Positions 44,371 to 54,481 of a stretch of 64,000 nucleotides of DNA are shown here, piece by piece. Source of the stretch: an uncultured Gammaproteobacteria bacterium (lineage in GTDB: Bacteria > Patescibacteriota > Microgenomatia > UBA12405); contig CAZSCX010000001.1 of assembly GCA_964605545.1 (NCBI GenBank), forward strand, positions 16,148 to 80,147, written 5' to 3'. Numbering within the stretch: position 1 is the stretch's first letter; each line of letters begins with the position of its first letter. The notes under the pieces are model-generated. The model ran no database searches. It was not told where the DNA came from and saw only the letters and a program-made list of their open reading frames with translations. The position numbers and the translations under genes are program-made.

Positions 44371-46067
44371 AGGGGATAGTATAACATTTCAATGTATGCT
44401 TTGTTAATAGTTGAATTTGGGTTGATTTTGAGCTTATCTAGAAGCTCTTTAGCTGGTTGCGAAATAAACTCTATGTATGTTTTTTGATTATTGCCAATCA
44501 AATCATAATGAAAAATAACATTATCAAGTTGATATATGGTTCTCATCTTTGAGATTGTTTTGATACATTTTCCATACATATTTGTAAATTTATCCTTAAT
44601 ATCTGGGGTAATTTGGAATTCAAATTTTGGACGATTAATTTCGTTAGTACCGGTATTTGGTCCTTTATAGGCGAGAATTAAATCACCACTTTCTTCTCTA
44701 ATTCGAAGAGATTCACCGGTTTTTGCTAAATCTCTATCAAAGGGATTGTAGTAATAATCAACTTGTGGTGTTTTTAAAATACGATCAGCACCAATGTCTT
44801 CAAGATCTTTTTCGGTTAAATTGGTTTCAAATTTTTGTTGATATTCTTTTTTTCGTGAACGACTGGCTTCAATATTTGGCATATATTCATTATTGATTAC
44901 AAAATCGGCATTATTTATGGTTGTTTGAATGTATTTTTCGTGCATGGGTTCGACTATGGAAGAAAAATAAGACAGAATGTCTTGAGGTGAGAAGCTGGTG
45001 CGAGTAACGTCTCTCATAAGTCGACGAATAATGCGTCCATGGGTGCCGATATCGGTAAAGACTTTTATATCGGATTGATCTTTAATTTCGTTATTTAAAG
45101 CAAATAAACCTTCCAAAAATATTATTTTGGCTGGTTTAAGTCTATTTGGTTCCAATAATTCGCCTGTAAGCATTGAATAGTTTGGTTTTAAAATTGTTTC
45201 TCCATTTTTTAATGCAATCAAATGTTCCTTTATTAGAGAAATATTGACTACCTCTGGTTGATCATAATTTAAAGTAATACCAGTTTCTTTTTTGTACTCT
45301 TCCATGAATTTATTACCAAGGTAATAATCGTCCATGGTTAAAATAATGGAATCCTTTTTAAAATAATCATAAAGAAAATTGGCGATAGTAGTTTTACCTG
45401 AAGCGGAACCTCCAGCAAGGGCGACAATAATCGGTTCTTTACTTGTTTTGTTTGCCTTATCGATGAGTTCTATTAAATGACTAACGCCTTCTTCTTTTTG
45501 ATAGATTGGTACCGTAATTTCTATAAGGGGTTTGTTTTTTTCGATGGGGTTTTGATGAATTAAATATTTGTTTTTAAATTTTTCATCATAAGTGACTTCT
45601 TTATTTAGCCAAGAAGGAACAATAAAATTATTATTTTGTATCTCTGTTTCAAATTCAATTTCAGCAGTACAGAGACCTTCTAAATGATCATTATGGTAAA
45701 GATCTATTTCTATTGTTAAATCATTGTAGGGGAGAAGGTGGCGTGTTTTTTTGATAAGTGTTTTTTCTGGAGAAAGTGATTTTAATAGTTCATCATAAAT
45801 TGGTTTTGTCAAAATGGCTTCTTCTTCGATGCGTTTGTTGCCAGTACCTTTTTTGGTATATATATAATATTTATCGTTTTCATTTTGCCGAGATTCTTTT
45901 CGGAGACGGATTTCAGTATTAAAACTGGAATAAAGATATGTTTGTTCAATATCAATTTTTTGTAATTCGTCCAATTTAAAAGGTAAATTATTTGGATTTT
46001 CAATTAAGAATTTTCTTTCAATTTCGTAATGAATTAATTCTTTGGAAACATTTTGTTCTTTTGTCAT
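44367..46067 (-). CDS. CYTH - uridine kinase - CYTH fusion protein
   Basis: EIERKF/IRLRK/AEIEF; [32 protein letters not shown]; second CYTH QVDYYY/LRIRE/YKGP. Confidence 0.8.
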   Translation of the reverse strand: MTKEQNVSKELIHYEIERKFLIENPNNLPFKLDELQKIDIEQTYLYSSFNTEIRLRKESRQNENDKYYIYTKKGTGNKRIEEEAILTKPIYDELLKSLSPEKTLIKKTRHLLPYNDLTIEIDLYHNDHLEGLCTAEIEFETEIQNNNFIVPSWLNKEVTYDEKFKNKYLIHQNPIEKNKPLIEITVPIYQKEEGVSHLIELIDKANKTSKEPIIVALAGGSASGKTTIANFLYDYFKKDSIILTMDDYYLGNKFMEEYKKETGITLNYDQPEVVNISLIKEHLIALKNGETILKPNYSMLTGELLEPNRLKPAKIIFLEGLFALNNEIKDQSDIKVFTDIGTHGRIIRRLMRDVTRTSFSPQDILSYFSSIVEPMHEKYIQTTINNADFVINNEYMPNIEASRSRKKEYQQKFETNLTEKDLEDIGADRILKTPQVDYYYNPFDRDLAKTGESLRIREESGDLILAYKGPNTGTNEINRPKFEFQITPDIKDKFTNMYGKCIKTISKMRTIYQLDNVIFHYDLIGNNQKTYIEFISQPAKELLDKLKINPNSTINKAYIEMLYYPL

Positions 46068-47287
46068 AATTTACTTAATAGTGATTCAAAAGTTGTGGTT
46101 TCTTGCTCTTTAGTTTTTAGATTTTTGAGGGTAACCGTACCATTTTTAGCTTCGTTTTCGCCTATAATTGCGATAAAATTTATACCAATACTGTCAGCAT
46201 AAGTAATTTGCTTACCAAGCTTATCGTTGGAAAAATAATAAGTTGAGGCGATGGAATTATTTCTTAATAGATTGAGTAATTCGATTTCTTTAGCTACTTG
46301 ACCAAAATTGGCAACCAAAATTTTGGTATTGGTTTTGGGAATATTTTCAATTAAATTTTGGTCTAAAATACAATCAACAAGTCGGTCAAGACAGAGGGAG
46401 GAGCCGACAGCTGGGATGTCTGGACCACCTAAAGATTTGACTAGATTGTCATAACGGCCACCACCAGTAATGGAACCAATTTTTGGTTCTTCTACATAAG
46501 TTTCAAAAATGGGACCAGTGTAATAATCAAGACCGCGAACGAGGGTAGGGTCGAAGGTAAAAGCAAAAGAAGGGACGCCAAAGTCAATAATTTTTTGAAA
46601 AACTTGATTTAGATAATCATCTGGCTGAGCTGTTTTGATATATTCGAAAATACTGTCAATTTGAGGTTGGGGTATACCTTTGTTAATGAGCTCTTTTTGT
46701 ACTCCATCTTGGCCTATTTTTTGGATTTTATCGAGAGTTTGAAGTACGGAATTCTTGTCTTTTTCGATGCCAGCAGAGGTTAAGAGATTGTTTAAAACAC
46801 TACGACTGTTTATTTTGATAGAGAACTTTTTGAAATTTAATTTAGTAAAAATGTTGTAGATAATAGCAATTATCTCGGCGTCACTGGTGGGGGAGTTGGA
46901 ACCAAAAATATCTATATCACACTGGGTAAATTCACGATAGCGACCTTTTTGGGTATTATCGGCTCGCCAAACTGGTTGAATTTGATAACGTTTAAAAGGT
47001 AGGGGTAAATTGTATGTAGATAGAACTCGGCTAGTAGGGACGGTGAGATCATAGCGCATACCAACATCACGACCACCTTTGTCTTTAAAAGAATAGACTA
47101 ATTTGTCTCCCTCAGCGCCATATTTTCCCATCAAAACAGATGAATATTCTAGAGTTGGTGTTTCAAGGGGTTCGAACCCAAAAAGTTCAAAAGCTTCAAT
47201 ACAAATATTTTTGACCATGTTTCGGACTGCCATTTGTGATGGCAGAAAATCACGAAAACCTTTGAGTGTTGTACTTTTATCAGACAT
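46064..47287 (-). CDS. hisS: Histidine--tRNA ligase
   Basis: KGFRDFLP, MRYDLTVP, GRYREFTQCD, RGLDYYTG, GGGRYD. Confidence 0.97.
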   Translation of the reverse strand: MSDKSTTLKGFRDFLPSQMAVRNMVKNICIEAFELFGFEPLETPTLEYSSVLMGKYGAEGDKLVYSFKDKGGRDVGMRYDLTVPTSRVLSTYNLPLPFKRYQIQPVWRADNTQKGRYREFTQCDIDIFGSNSPTSDAEIIAIIYNIFTKLNFKKFSIKINSRSVLNNLLTSAGIEKDKNSVLQTLDKIQKIGQDGVQKELINKGIPQPQIDSIFEYIKTAQPDDYLNQVFQKIIDFGVPSFAFTFDPTLVRGLDYYTGPIFETYVEEPKIGSITGGGRYDNLVKSLGGPDIPAVGSSLCLDRLVDCILDQNLIENIPKTNTKILVANFGQVAKEIELLNLLRNNSIASTYYFSNDKLGKQITYADSIGINFIAIIGENEAKNGTVTLKNLKTKEQETTTFESLLSKL

Positions 47288-47323
47288 AGCTAATTTTATC
47301 ATTTATGGGTTAAAATAGAGCAA

Positions 47324-48070
47324 ATGAGAGTGAGGGTAATAAAGACAGAAAAGGTGACGGAAAAAAATAAAGGATTATTAAATTTTGTGGATAAATATAT
47401 AAAGAGATTGGAAGAAAAATCGGTGGTAGTGATTACTTCAAAGGTAATATCAATTTTAGAAGGAAGAATAATGCGAAAAGAAGGAATTCCAAAAGCGGAT
47501 TTGATTGCCAATGAAAGTGATCAGTATTTGATTTATACCAATAATTATTGTCATCATGAATTTACTTTGTCGATTAAAGAAGATTTGTTGATTCCAAACG
47601 CTGGAATAGATGAGTCAAATGCTTTTGGTCATTATATTTTATGGCCGAAAGATCCATATAATACGGCAAAAATATTGTGGAAATATTGGCGGAATAAATT
47701 TAAAATAAAAAAATTAGGGGTGATAATTACCGATAGCAAGACGACACCTTTGCGATGGGGAACGACAGGGGTCAGTATTGGCTATTGTGGTTTTGATGGC
47801 TTAAACAATTATATTGGCAAAAAAGATATTTTTAAAAAGAAAATGACAATCACAAAGGCAAATATTGCCGACGGATTGGCGGCGGCGGCGGTGGTGGCGA
47901 TGGGAGAGGGCAAAGAGCAGACGCCGATAGCGATAATTACTGATTTTGAGAAAGTTAAATTTAAAAAGACAGCGACTAACAAAAGAGAGAGGAAAAATTT
48001 TAGTATTCCGATGGAAGAGGATATCTATTCACCACTACTTTTGGGGGTGAAATGGATGAAGAAGAAATAA
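47324..48070 (+). CDS. F420-0:gamma-glutamyl ligase (CofE)-family protein
   Basis: VITSKVISI.EG, PNAGIDESN, GVIITDS...PLR.G, MGEG.EQTP. Confidence 0.88.
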   Translation: MRVRVIKTEKVTEKNKGLLNFVDKYIKRLEEKSVVVITSKVISILEGRIMRKEGIPKADLIANESDQYLIYTNNYCHHEFTLSIKEDLLIPNAGIDESNAFGHYILWPKDPYNTAKILWKYWRNKFKIKKLGVIITDSKTTPLRWGTTGVSIGYCGFDGLNNYIGKKDIFKKKMTITKANIADGLAAAAVVAMGEGKEQTPIAIITDFEKVKFKKTATNKRERKNFSIPMEEDIYSPLLLGVKWMKKK

Positions 48071-48074
48071 TTTT

Positions 48075-48152
48075 GGGGGTGAGTAACCGGACTTGAACCG
48101 GCAACCTTCTGCTCCACAGGCAGACGCTCTAACCAATTGAGCTATACCCACC
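48075..48152 (-). tRNA. tRNA-His (GUG) with encoded G-1
   Basis: GGTGGGTATAGCTCAATTGGTTAGAGCGTCTGCCTGTGGAGCAGAAGGTTGCCGGTTCAAGTCCGGTTACTCACC folds as a cloverleaf. Confidence 0.95.
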
Positions 48153-48259
48153 AAGTAAAATTTCAATTTTCAATTTTCAAATATCAAAAAGGAATTAAGT
48201 CATTTTAGCCAAAAAGAGGGGAATTATCAAGGTTTTAGAATTTTGCTATACTACAAGAA

Positions 48260-48910
48260 GTGGTAATAAAAAAGATAGCGATTAAATTAAATTTGGATGG
48301 AGGGAGAATTGATAAGTTGGAAATTGGGGGAAATAAAATATTGGATAGATTTGAGAGAATTGATGGCAAAATTGGAAGTACTCATATTTGTATACCAAAT
48401 TTCGGTGGTGAGCTAAGTGAATATGGATTACCGTTTCATGGATATGCCAGAAATGAAAAATGGGAAATTTTGGAAGAAAGAGACAATTTTATAAAGATAA
48501 GGTATTTGATGAAGAACAAGGATTTGTATCCGACAAATTTGGAAATAATTCAGACATTTGATTTTGAGAAGAAATTTATTCATAAAGTGATGGTAAAGAA
48601 TATTGGAGAAAGAAAAGCGCCAATTAATATTGCGATTCATTATTATTTTAATATGCCATATGGTTGGCAAGATTTGAAAATTAATGGAGAAGAGGTAAGA
48701 AGGATTGTTGAAAAAGATAGCGAAATTATGGCAAGAAAAAATAATGTAATTACTGATGAAAAAAGAACTATTATTATGGAAACTAAAAATGTACGAGATT
48801 TACATTTATGGAGTGGGGGAAATCAGAATTTTTGTTGTATTGAGCCGGTAATGGGTATGAGAGATGTTGGAATAAATGAGGAAATTGAAATGATTATTGG
48901 ACTCGAGTAA
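48260..48910 (+). CDS. Aldose 1-epimerase / galactose mutarotase-like protein
   Basis: CIPNFG, LPFHGYAR, AIHYYF, FCCIEP. Confidence 0.85.
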   Translation: MVIKKIAIKLNLDGGRIDKLEIGGNKILDRFERIDGKIGSTHICIPNFGGELSEYGLPFHGYARNEKWEILEERDNFIKIRYLMKNKDLYPTNLEIIQTFDFEKKFIHKVMVKNIGERKAPINIAIHYYFNMPYGWQDLKINGEEVRRIVEKDSEIMARKNNVITDEKRTIIMETKNVRDLHLWSGGNQNFCCIEPVMGMRDVGINEEIEMIIGLE

Positions 48911-49901
48911 AAATCTTGACGGCAACAAATGATTTAGGATTTTTAGGATCTGGAAGGAGAGAAGCAATAACTTTATCACCAATTTTTAATTCTTTATTTT
49001 CGGTAGAAACTTGATATTGGATATCTTTGTTTTTGTTTGGAATAATTGTTATTACAGAAGCTTCTTGGGAAATATCGGCAATAGTTCCGGAAACAACTTG
49101 ATAATTTTTTATAATGTCTTTGGAATTTACAATTAAAATTCTGGAAGTTTGGAGAGTGTCGTTGGTAGGATCATAGGTTCCCATAGCCAAAATAGTTTGG
49201 TTGGTTTTTAGAGTATTGGCTTTAATTTTGGTTTTCTTTTCGTTAATAACAGTAACATCTTTACTAAGTTCCAATTTGTAAGTCAGATCATTTTTTTCGA
49301 TGGTAATTTTTTGATCATCAATTTGAATAATATTACCCCAAAAAGCTTTTTTATTGTCTGCGGCCAGATTGACTTTGGCTTGTTCCTTAAATTTTTCTCT
49401 TAAATTTTGAATTTCATCTGATTCTTGGGCAAAAACAGGTTTAAAAATTTTTTGAATTAAGAAAACTTGAGCTGAAGAGTAGGTGATGGTTAAATCAACA
49501 TCAGTCTGATTGTCTTGTAAATCAAAAGAACTGATTTGGATTTCGTTGACACCGGCTTCAAGTTTGACTGCTTGAGAAAAGCTACCGTTTTCGTCGGCTT
49601 GAGTATTATAAGAAGTAACCGGAGTGTTGATAATAATTTGAGCTTTTGGAGAGCTGCTACCGGTAATAGTGATGGAAGAATTACTTACCAGCGTATTATC
49701 TAAAGGTTGAAAAATGGTTAGATCGGTTTTTTGAGGAGTATCGGTTGGAGCAGTTGATGGAGTAATTTCTGGAGTTTCTGTTGGGGTGGGTTGATTGACA
49801 CTAATTTTATGTTTTCCCTTATTTATGGTGTAATATCCTCCAGTTAAAACTATACCAAAGAGAGAACCGAGGATAATGGCTAGGAGAACATTTTTGAACA
49901 T
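48894..49901 (-). CDS. Membrane-anchored Ig-like protein fused to a beta-barrel-type domain
   Basis: TM, PT linker, LTIFQPLDN...ITGS...ADENGSFS...L..G.N.I; an internal KPVFAQES follows. Confidence 0.65.
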   Translation of the reverse strand: MFKNVLLAIILGSLFGIVLTGGYYTINKGKHKISVNQPTPTETPEITPSTAPTDTPQKTDLTIFQPLDNTLVSNSSITITGSSSPKAQIIINTPVTSYNTQADENGSFSQAVKLEAGVNEIQISSFDLQDNQTDVDLTITYSSAQVFLIQKIFKPVFAQESDEIQNLREKFKEQAKVNLAADNKKAFWGNIIQIDDQKITIEKNDLTYKLELSKDVTVINEKKTKIKANTLKTNQTILAMGTYDPTNDTLQTSRILIVNSKDIIKNYQVVSGTIADISQEASVITIIPNKNKDIQYQVSTENKELKIGDKVIASLLPDPKNPKSFVAVKIFTRVQ

Positions 49902-49950
49902 GTATTGATTTTATCATAAAGCAATAGAATCAATGATAAAATTAGCTACT

Positions 49951-50514
49951 ATGGAAATTAAATATCAAGGCCAACAAACAATCATATTAAAAAGTAAAAA
50001 AGAAAATGTTGTGATTGATCCCCAAAAAGGCGGAGCTCAAATTGATTCGCGAATTATCGTTTTTACCGATAAAGAATTAAATTATTTTGGATTAAATGAA
50101 GAAAAAGTGATTATTGCCGGTCCAGGTGAATATGAAATCGGGGGAGTGGAAATAAAAGGATTTAAAGCAGGAGACAATAAATTGATGTATGTGATTGAAA
50201 ATGAAGGGTTAATTGTTGGAGTATTAGGTGAAATTGAAGAAATGTTGGAAGAAAAGCAAATTGAAAGAATTAATGGTATTGATGTTTTGATAGTAAATAT
50301 CGATGAGTGCAAAATTAAAGGAAAAATGTTTCTTGATTTAGCAAAAAAATGGGGAGCTAATTATTTGATACCTGTGGGATATAAAAAAGATGGTGATTCT
50401 TTAAAGAAATTTTTGGATGAAGTTGATGAGGAAGGATTGGAAGCAATAGAAAGTTTAAAAATAGATCGAGATAACCTGCCTGATGGTTTAGAGGTTATAA
50501 TACTGCAATGTTGA
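49951..50514 (+). CDS. MBL-fold protein lacking the metal-binding motif
   Basis: MEIKYQG, VVIDP, GPGEYEIGGV, IDVLIV, LIPVGY; no HxHxDH. Confidence 0.75.
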   Translation: MEIKYQGQQTIILKSKKENVVIDPQKGGAQIDSRIIVFTDKELNYFGLNEEKVIIAGPGEYEIGGVEIKGFKAGDNKLMYVIENEGLIVGVLGEIEEMLEEKQIERINGIDVLIVNIDECKIKGKMFLDLAKKWGANYLIPVGYKKDGDSLKKFLDEVDEEGLEAIESLKIDRDNLPDGLEVIILQC

Positions 50515-51803
50515 GATTACCACCAAATTCATCTGAGGCAGAGGTATGTGTTTTAGGTTCTATATTGATAGATAATGATGCAGTTTTGGCAGTAACTGAT
50601 TTTTTGAGACCGGAACATTTTTATGAGGAAGCAAATGGTAAGGTCTATGAGGCGATGATGTATTTGTTTGAAAATAGAAGTCCAATTGATATTGTGACCG
50701 TGGCCGAGAAACTAAAAGAAATGAAAGCATTAAAAAAGGTTGGTGGTAAGGCATTTTTAGTGAAATTAGCCAACGAGGTACCGACAGCGGCCAATGTGGC
50801 CAGTTATGGAAAAATAATTAAATCTTTATCGGCAAAAAGGGAATTAATAAGTGCGGCGGCAAGAATTACCGATAAAGCTTTTGATGAAAGTTTACCTTCG
50901 GATCAATTATTGGATATGGCAGAACAGGAAGTATTTTCTTTATCACAAAGGCATGTAAAAAATTCACCCTCTTCTCTTAAAGAAGTATTGACGGCAAGTT
51001 TTGATAGATTGGATGAGTTACAAAAATTGGGGTCGGGGTTAAGAGGTGTACCGACGGGTTTTGCATCTTTAGATAGGATGTTGGCCGGTATGCAAAATAG
51101 CAATTTATTGATCTTGGCGGCAAGACCAGGGGTAGGAAAGACGGCTTTTGCTTTGAATATTGCTCGTCATACAGCAGTAGAAGAAAAATTACCAACAGCA
51201 ATTTTTTCTTTGGAAATGAGCAAGGAAGAATTGGTTGATCGTCTTTTGGTGAGACAGGGTTTAATAGATGCTTGGAAATTAAAAACGGGTCAATTATCCG
51301 ATGATGATTTTGCCTCTTTATCTGAAGCCATGGGTATTTTAGCTGAAGCTCCACTCTATATTGACGATACACCGGGATTGACAGTAACAGAGTTGAGGAC
51401 TAAAGCAAGAAGATTACAGTTGGATAAGGGTATCAAATTTATTATTGTTGATTATTTACAATTAATGCATGGGAATACTCGAGATAATAGGGTACAGGAG
51501 GTTTCAGAAATTTCTCAGGGTTTAAAAAATTTGGCAAGAGAATTAAAAATTCCAATTTTGGCGGCAGCGCAATTATCAAGAGCAATGGAAGCAAGAGGAG
51601 GTCGACCGAGGTTGTCTGATCTTCGGGAATCGGGTAGTATCGAACAGGATGCCGATGTAGTGATGTTTTTACATCGTGAAGATGAGGAAGTGCGCGAGAT
51701 GGTGGCTTTGTCAATTGAAAAACACAGAAATGGCCCTACTGGTCAAATGAATCTTTACTTTAATGGAAAACAGGTAAGTTTCTTTGATGTGGAGAAGAAA
51801 TAG
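50508..51803 (+). CDS. dnaB: Replicative DNA helicase
   Basis: PP.S.EAE..VLG, AARPGVGKT, FSLEMS, IVDYLQL, DLRESGSIEQDAD, KHRNGPTG. Confidence 0.98.
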   Translation: MLRLPPNSSEAEVCVLGSILIDNDAVLAVTDFLRPEHFYEEANGKVYEAMMYLFENRSPIDIVTVAEKLKEMKALKKVGGKAFLVKLANEVPTAANVASYGKIIKSLSAKRELISAAARITDKAFDESLPSDQLLDMAEQEVFSLSQRHVKNSPSSLKEVLTASFDRLDELQKLGSGLRGVPTGFASLDRMLAGMQNSNLLILAARPGVGKTAFALNIARHTAVEEKLPTAIFSLEMSKEELVDRLLVRQGLIDAWKLKTGQLSDDDFASLSEAMGILAEAPLYIDDTPGLTVTELRTKARRLQLDKGIKFIIVDYLQLMHGNTRDNRVQEVSEISQGLKNLARELKIPILAAAQLSRAMEARGGRPRLSDLRESGSIEQDADVVMFLHREDEEVREMVALSIEKHRNGPTGQMNLYFNGKQVSFFDVEKK

Positions 51804-51804
51804 G

Positions 51805-51888
51805 TGCCGAAAGAGGGAATCGAACCCCCATGGTGTTGCCACCACACGATTTTGAGTCGTGCGCGTCTGCCAGTTCCGCCATTTCGGC
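51805..51888 (-). tRNA. tRNA-Leu (CAA)
   Basis: GCCGAAATGGCGGAACTGGCAGACGCGCACGACTCAAAATCGTGTGGTGGCAACACCATGGGGGTTCGATTCCCTCTTTCGGCA with long variable arm. Confidence 0.95.
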
Positions 51889-51916
51889 TAATATCAGTGT
51901 TATTATACAATAAGAT

Positions 51917-52534
51917 ATGTACTTATTATTCTTGTTAATAGCGGTTTTGTTTTTTTTATACGGTTCTTGGAAGGCGTTAAAAGAAGATTTTGCCAGCCAG
52001 GAAGTGCTTGGTTTTACTTGGCAATTAATATTGGGAATGATATTGATTAGTCGAATTGCCGGTGGAGATTGGAGAGATGGTCCTTGGTGGCAGATTTTAG
52101 CAATTTGGAATCCGATGAAAGTAAATTATTTTGTCGGTTTATTGGGGGGGATTTTAATTAGTGCTTTTTTTGCCAAACAAAAAAAATGGAAATTATGGGT
52201 TTTGCTAGAAGATATTAGTGCTAGTTTTTTAATTTTTTTGCTAGTTATGTATTTGGGTCAAATTTTTCAATTGTATTCTATTTTTTTGTTAATTAGAATT
52301 TTAATTCTTGTTGTAGGTTTGTTTTTAGCTTCATATTGGATGAAGAAATATCGTTCTTTTATTTGGTACCGAAGCGGAAAAAAAGGTTTTGTATTTTTTG
52401 CCTTATGTACGGTTCTTTTCTTTTTGATGGCTTTAAGTTCTTTTTTCCTAAATAATGGGCAAATAATGTCTTATTTGTACTTAATTGTTAGTTTGCTTTC
52501 CGGAGTGGGATTGTATATCCTGGGTAAGGTATGA
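51917..52534 (+). CDS. Multi-TM protein, divergent Lgt-like
   Basis: G.ILISR, GLLGG, W.LLED pattern echoing Lgt; near lspA-like gene. Confidence 0.45.
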   Translation: MYLLFLLIAVLFFLYGSWKALKEDFASQEVLGFTWQLILGMILISRIAGGDWRDGPWWQILAIWNPMKVNYFVGLLGGILISAFFAKQKKWKLWVLLEDISASFLIFLLVMYLGQIFQLYSIFLLIRILILVVGLFLASYWMKKYRSFIWYRSGKKGFVFFALCTVLFFLMALSSFFLNNGQIMSYLYLIVSLLSGVGLYILGKV

Positions 52535-52899
52535 AGAAAGATATATTAAGGTTTCCAAGAAATATAGTGGATCCTATTAGAATTTTTTTGGAAAGAGAAA
52601 TAGTTCGTTTGAAAAGGACAAAAAAAAGAATAAGTAAAAGTGATCCTTTTGCGGACAATACCAGAATAGAAGAAAATTCACTAGAAGAAGACGTTGACGA
52701 ACAAATAGGTCATTTTGATAGTCAAGTAAAAGCAAAGTTTATGGATAAGCAAATTGTCCAATTGAGAAAAACTTTAACGATGATTAAATTAGGTAGATAT
52801 GGTATTTGCGAGAAATGCGGTAAAATGATTGATACAGATAGGTTGGCGGCTAAACCGGATGCAACAATTTGTATTAAGTGTGAGAGAGAAAGAGAATAA
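52531..52899 (+). CDS. DksA/TraR C4-type zinc finger protein
   Basis: G.YGICEKCG..I...RL.A.P.A..CIKC. Confidence 0.9.
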   Translation: MKKDILRFPRNIVDPIRIFLEREIVRLKRTKKRISKSDPFADNTRIEENSLEEDVDEQIGHFDSQVKAKFMDKQIVQLRKTLTMIKLGRYGICEKCGKMIDTDRLAAKPDATICIKCERERE

Positions 52900-52902
52900 A
52901 AA

Positions 52903-53097
52903 ATGGAAATAATTGCCCTGATATTTATTTTGATAGGTGGAGGATTAAATACTTATGAGAGAATTAGGTGGGGTTTTGTGCATGATTATTGGAATTTTTT
53001 GGGGTTAGGCATATATAATAATATTAACGATTGGTTGATCGGAATCGGATTAATTTTATATTTTATAGCAGTATGGAAAAAGAAAAAATTAAGATAA
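52903..53097 (+). CDS. Minimal lipoprotein signal peptidase II-like protein (64 aa)
   Basis: GGGLNTYERI.WG.VHDY...NNINDW echoes the LspA motif GA.GN..DR...G.V.DF...FN.AD; dksA-lspA-rluA order. Confidence 0.65.
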   Translation: MEIIALIFILIGGGLNTYERIRWGFVHDYWNFLGLGIYNNINDWLIGIGLILYFIAVWKKKKLR

Positions 53098-53702
53098 TTT
53101 TTGAAAATGAGGATTTTTTGGTTTTGGATAAACCGGCCGGTTGGGTGACGACCAAGGAAAATAATAAAGCGGAAAAAAATATGGAAAAATGGTTGGAAAT
53201 TAATAGAAAAAATGATTTACCAAGAAATGGTATTGTTCATCGATTAGATAAGGGGACGAGTGGGGTTTTGATAGTAGCCAAAAATTTGAAAACTCTAGAT
53301 TATTTGAAAGATAAATTTAAAAAAAGAAAAATAATAAAAAAATATACTGCTTTGGTAGAAGGTGATTTGCCATTAGTAGGGGAGATGAATTTGCCAATTG
53401 ATAGGTCAAAATATAGTTTTGGAAAATTTAAGGTAAGCGAAGAAGGGAAAAAAGCTTTAACTAAATTTAGAGTATTGAAGAAAATCCAAAAGGAGGGAAA
53501 AACTGTAAGTTTGGTCGATATTGATCTTTTAACGGGGCGAACCCATCAAATTAGGGTTCATTTTTCTTATTTAGGATGGCCGATAGTAGGTGATGTTTTA
53601 TATGGAAGTAAGGATAAGAGTTTAGGGAGACCGATTTTACATTGTCGGGAAATTAGTTTCGACGATTATCATTTTATTAGTCCCTATGAAGAGGAGTCGT
53701 GA
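53073..53702 (+). CDS. RluA-family pseudouridine synthase
   Basis: DKPAG, IVHRLDKGTSG, TGRTHQIRVH, PIVGDVLY. Confidence 0.95.
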   Translation: MEKEKIKIIFENEDFLVLDKPAGWVTTKENNKAEKNMEKWLEINRKNDLPRNGIVHRLDKGTSGVLIVAKNLKTLDYLKDKFKKRKIIKKYTALVEGDLPLVGEMNLPIDRSKYSFGKFKVSEEGKKALTKFRVLKKIQKEGKTVSLVDIDLLTGRTHQIRVHFSYLGWPIVGDVLYGSKDKSLGRPILHCREISFDDYHFISPYEEES

Positions 53703-54480
53703 TAAGGTAACCAAATTTGCTTGGTATTTTTTAGGGGGATTTATGATTTTATTGTTGCTGGCTTTTTTTTGGCGTGATTATAGATGGGATGGGAAAAAAG
53801 ATATTAGAATTGGAATGATTGACGATGAGGGTTTAATAGTGATGGTGATTTCACCAACCAGAAGAATGATAAATAAATTAATAACGGTTAAAAATACACC
53901 TATTTGGGTAAGTGGTGGTTATGGATATTACGAGGCGGAAAAAGTAAAAAAATTATTATTGCAGGAAAAAAAAGAAAATTTAATTAAGGAGATATTTTTT
54001 TATAATTTTGGTGTGATGGTAGATAAAATTGAGTGGAATAAAAAAGAAATAAGCCCAGATTTATTGGGAATTATTGGTTATATACGTTTTCGTTTAAGCG
54101 AAGAAAATTATTTGAATAATATTGAATATTTAACGACCAGCAAAGAGGACAATGAAAGAATTTTGGATGAGGTGGCGGTGAGAGATTTGGCAGATAGTAG
54201 TTTGTTGGAAGAAAATATGAAGGTAAATGTTTATAATAGCAGTGATGTTTCCGGTTTGGCTGGTTTTTTGGGTAAAAGATTAGATTGGATGGGCTTAACG
54301 GTTATTGGAATTAATAATTCGATAATTAAAGAAGATTTTTTTTGTCGGATAGTGAGTGGCGGGGAATTGAAAATTAAATTTATTTGGAACTGCGAAAAAA
54401 TTGTTGATAAGAATTTAAATATTGATGAATTGGAAATTTATTTTGGCGAAAATTTCGCCAAGATGTTACAATACTTCTGA
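53686..54480 (+). CDS. Membrane protein with LytR C-terminal-like domain
   Basis: N-terminal TM; VNVYNSSDVSGLA...L...G..V...N and IYFGE.F. Confidence 0.6.
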   Translation: MKRSRDKVTKFAWYFLGGFMILLLLAFFWRDYRWDGKKDIRIGMIDDEGLIVMVISPTRRMINKLITVKNTPIWVSGGYGYYEAEKVKKLLLQEKKENLIKEIFFYNFGVMVDKIEWNKKEISPDLLGIIGYIRFRLSEENYLNNIEYLTTSKEDNERILDEVAVRDLADSSLLEENMKVNVYNSSDVSGLAGFLGKRLDWMGLTVIGINNSIIKEDFFCRIVSGGELKIKFIWNCEKIVDKNLNIDELEIYFGENFAKMLQYF

Positions 54481-54481
54481 T

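Noticed and set aside
48075-48910. Island integrated at tRNA-His or tRNA-Leu
   Set aside because: No duplicated tRNA 3' end or integrase seen, and flanking genes are ordinary.
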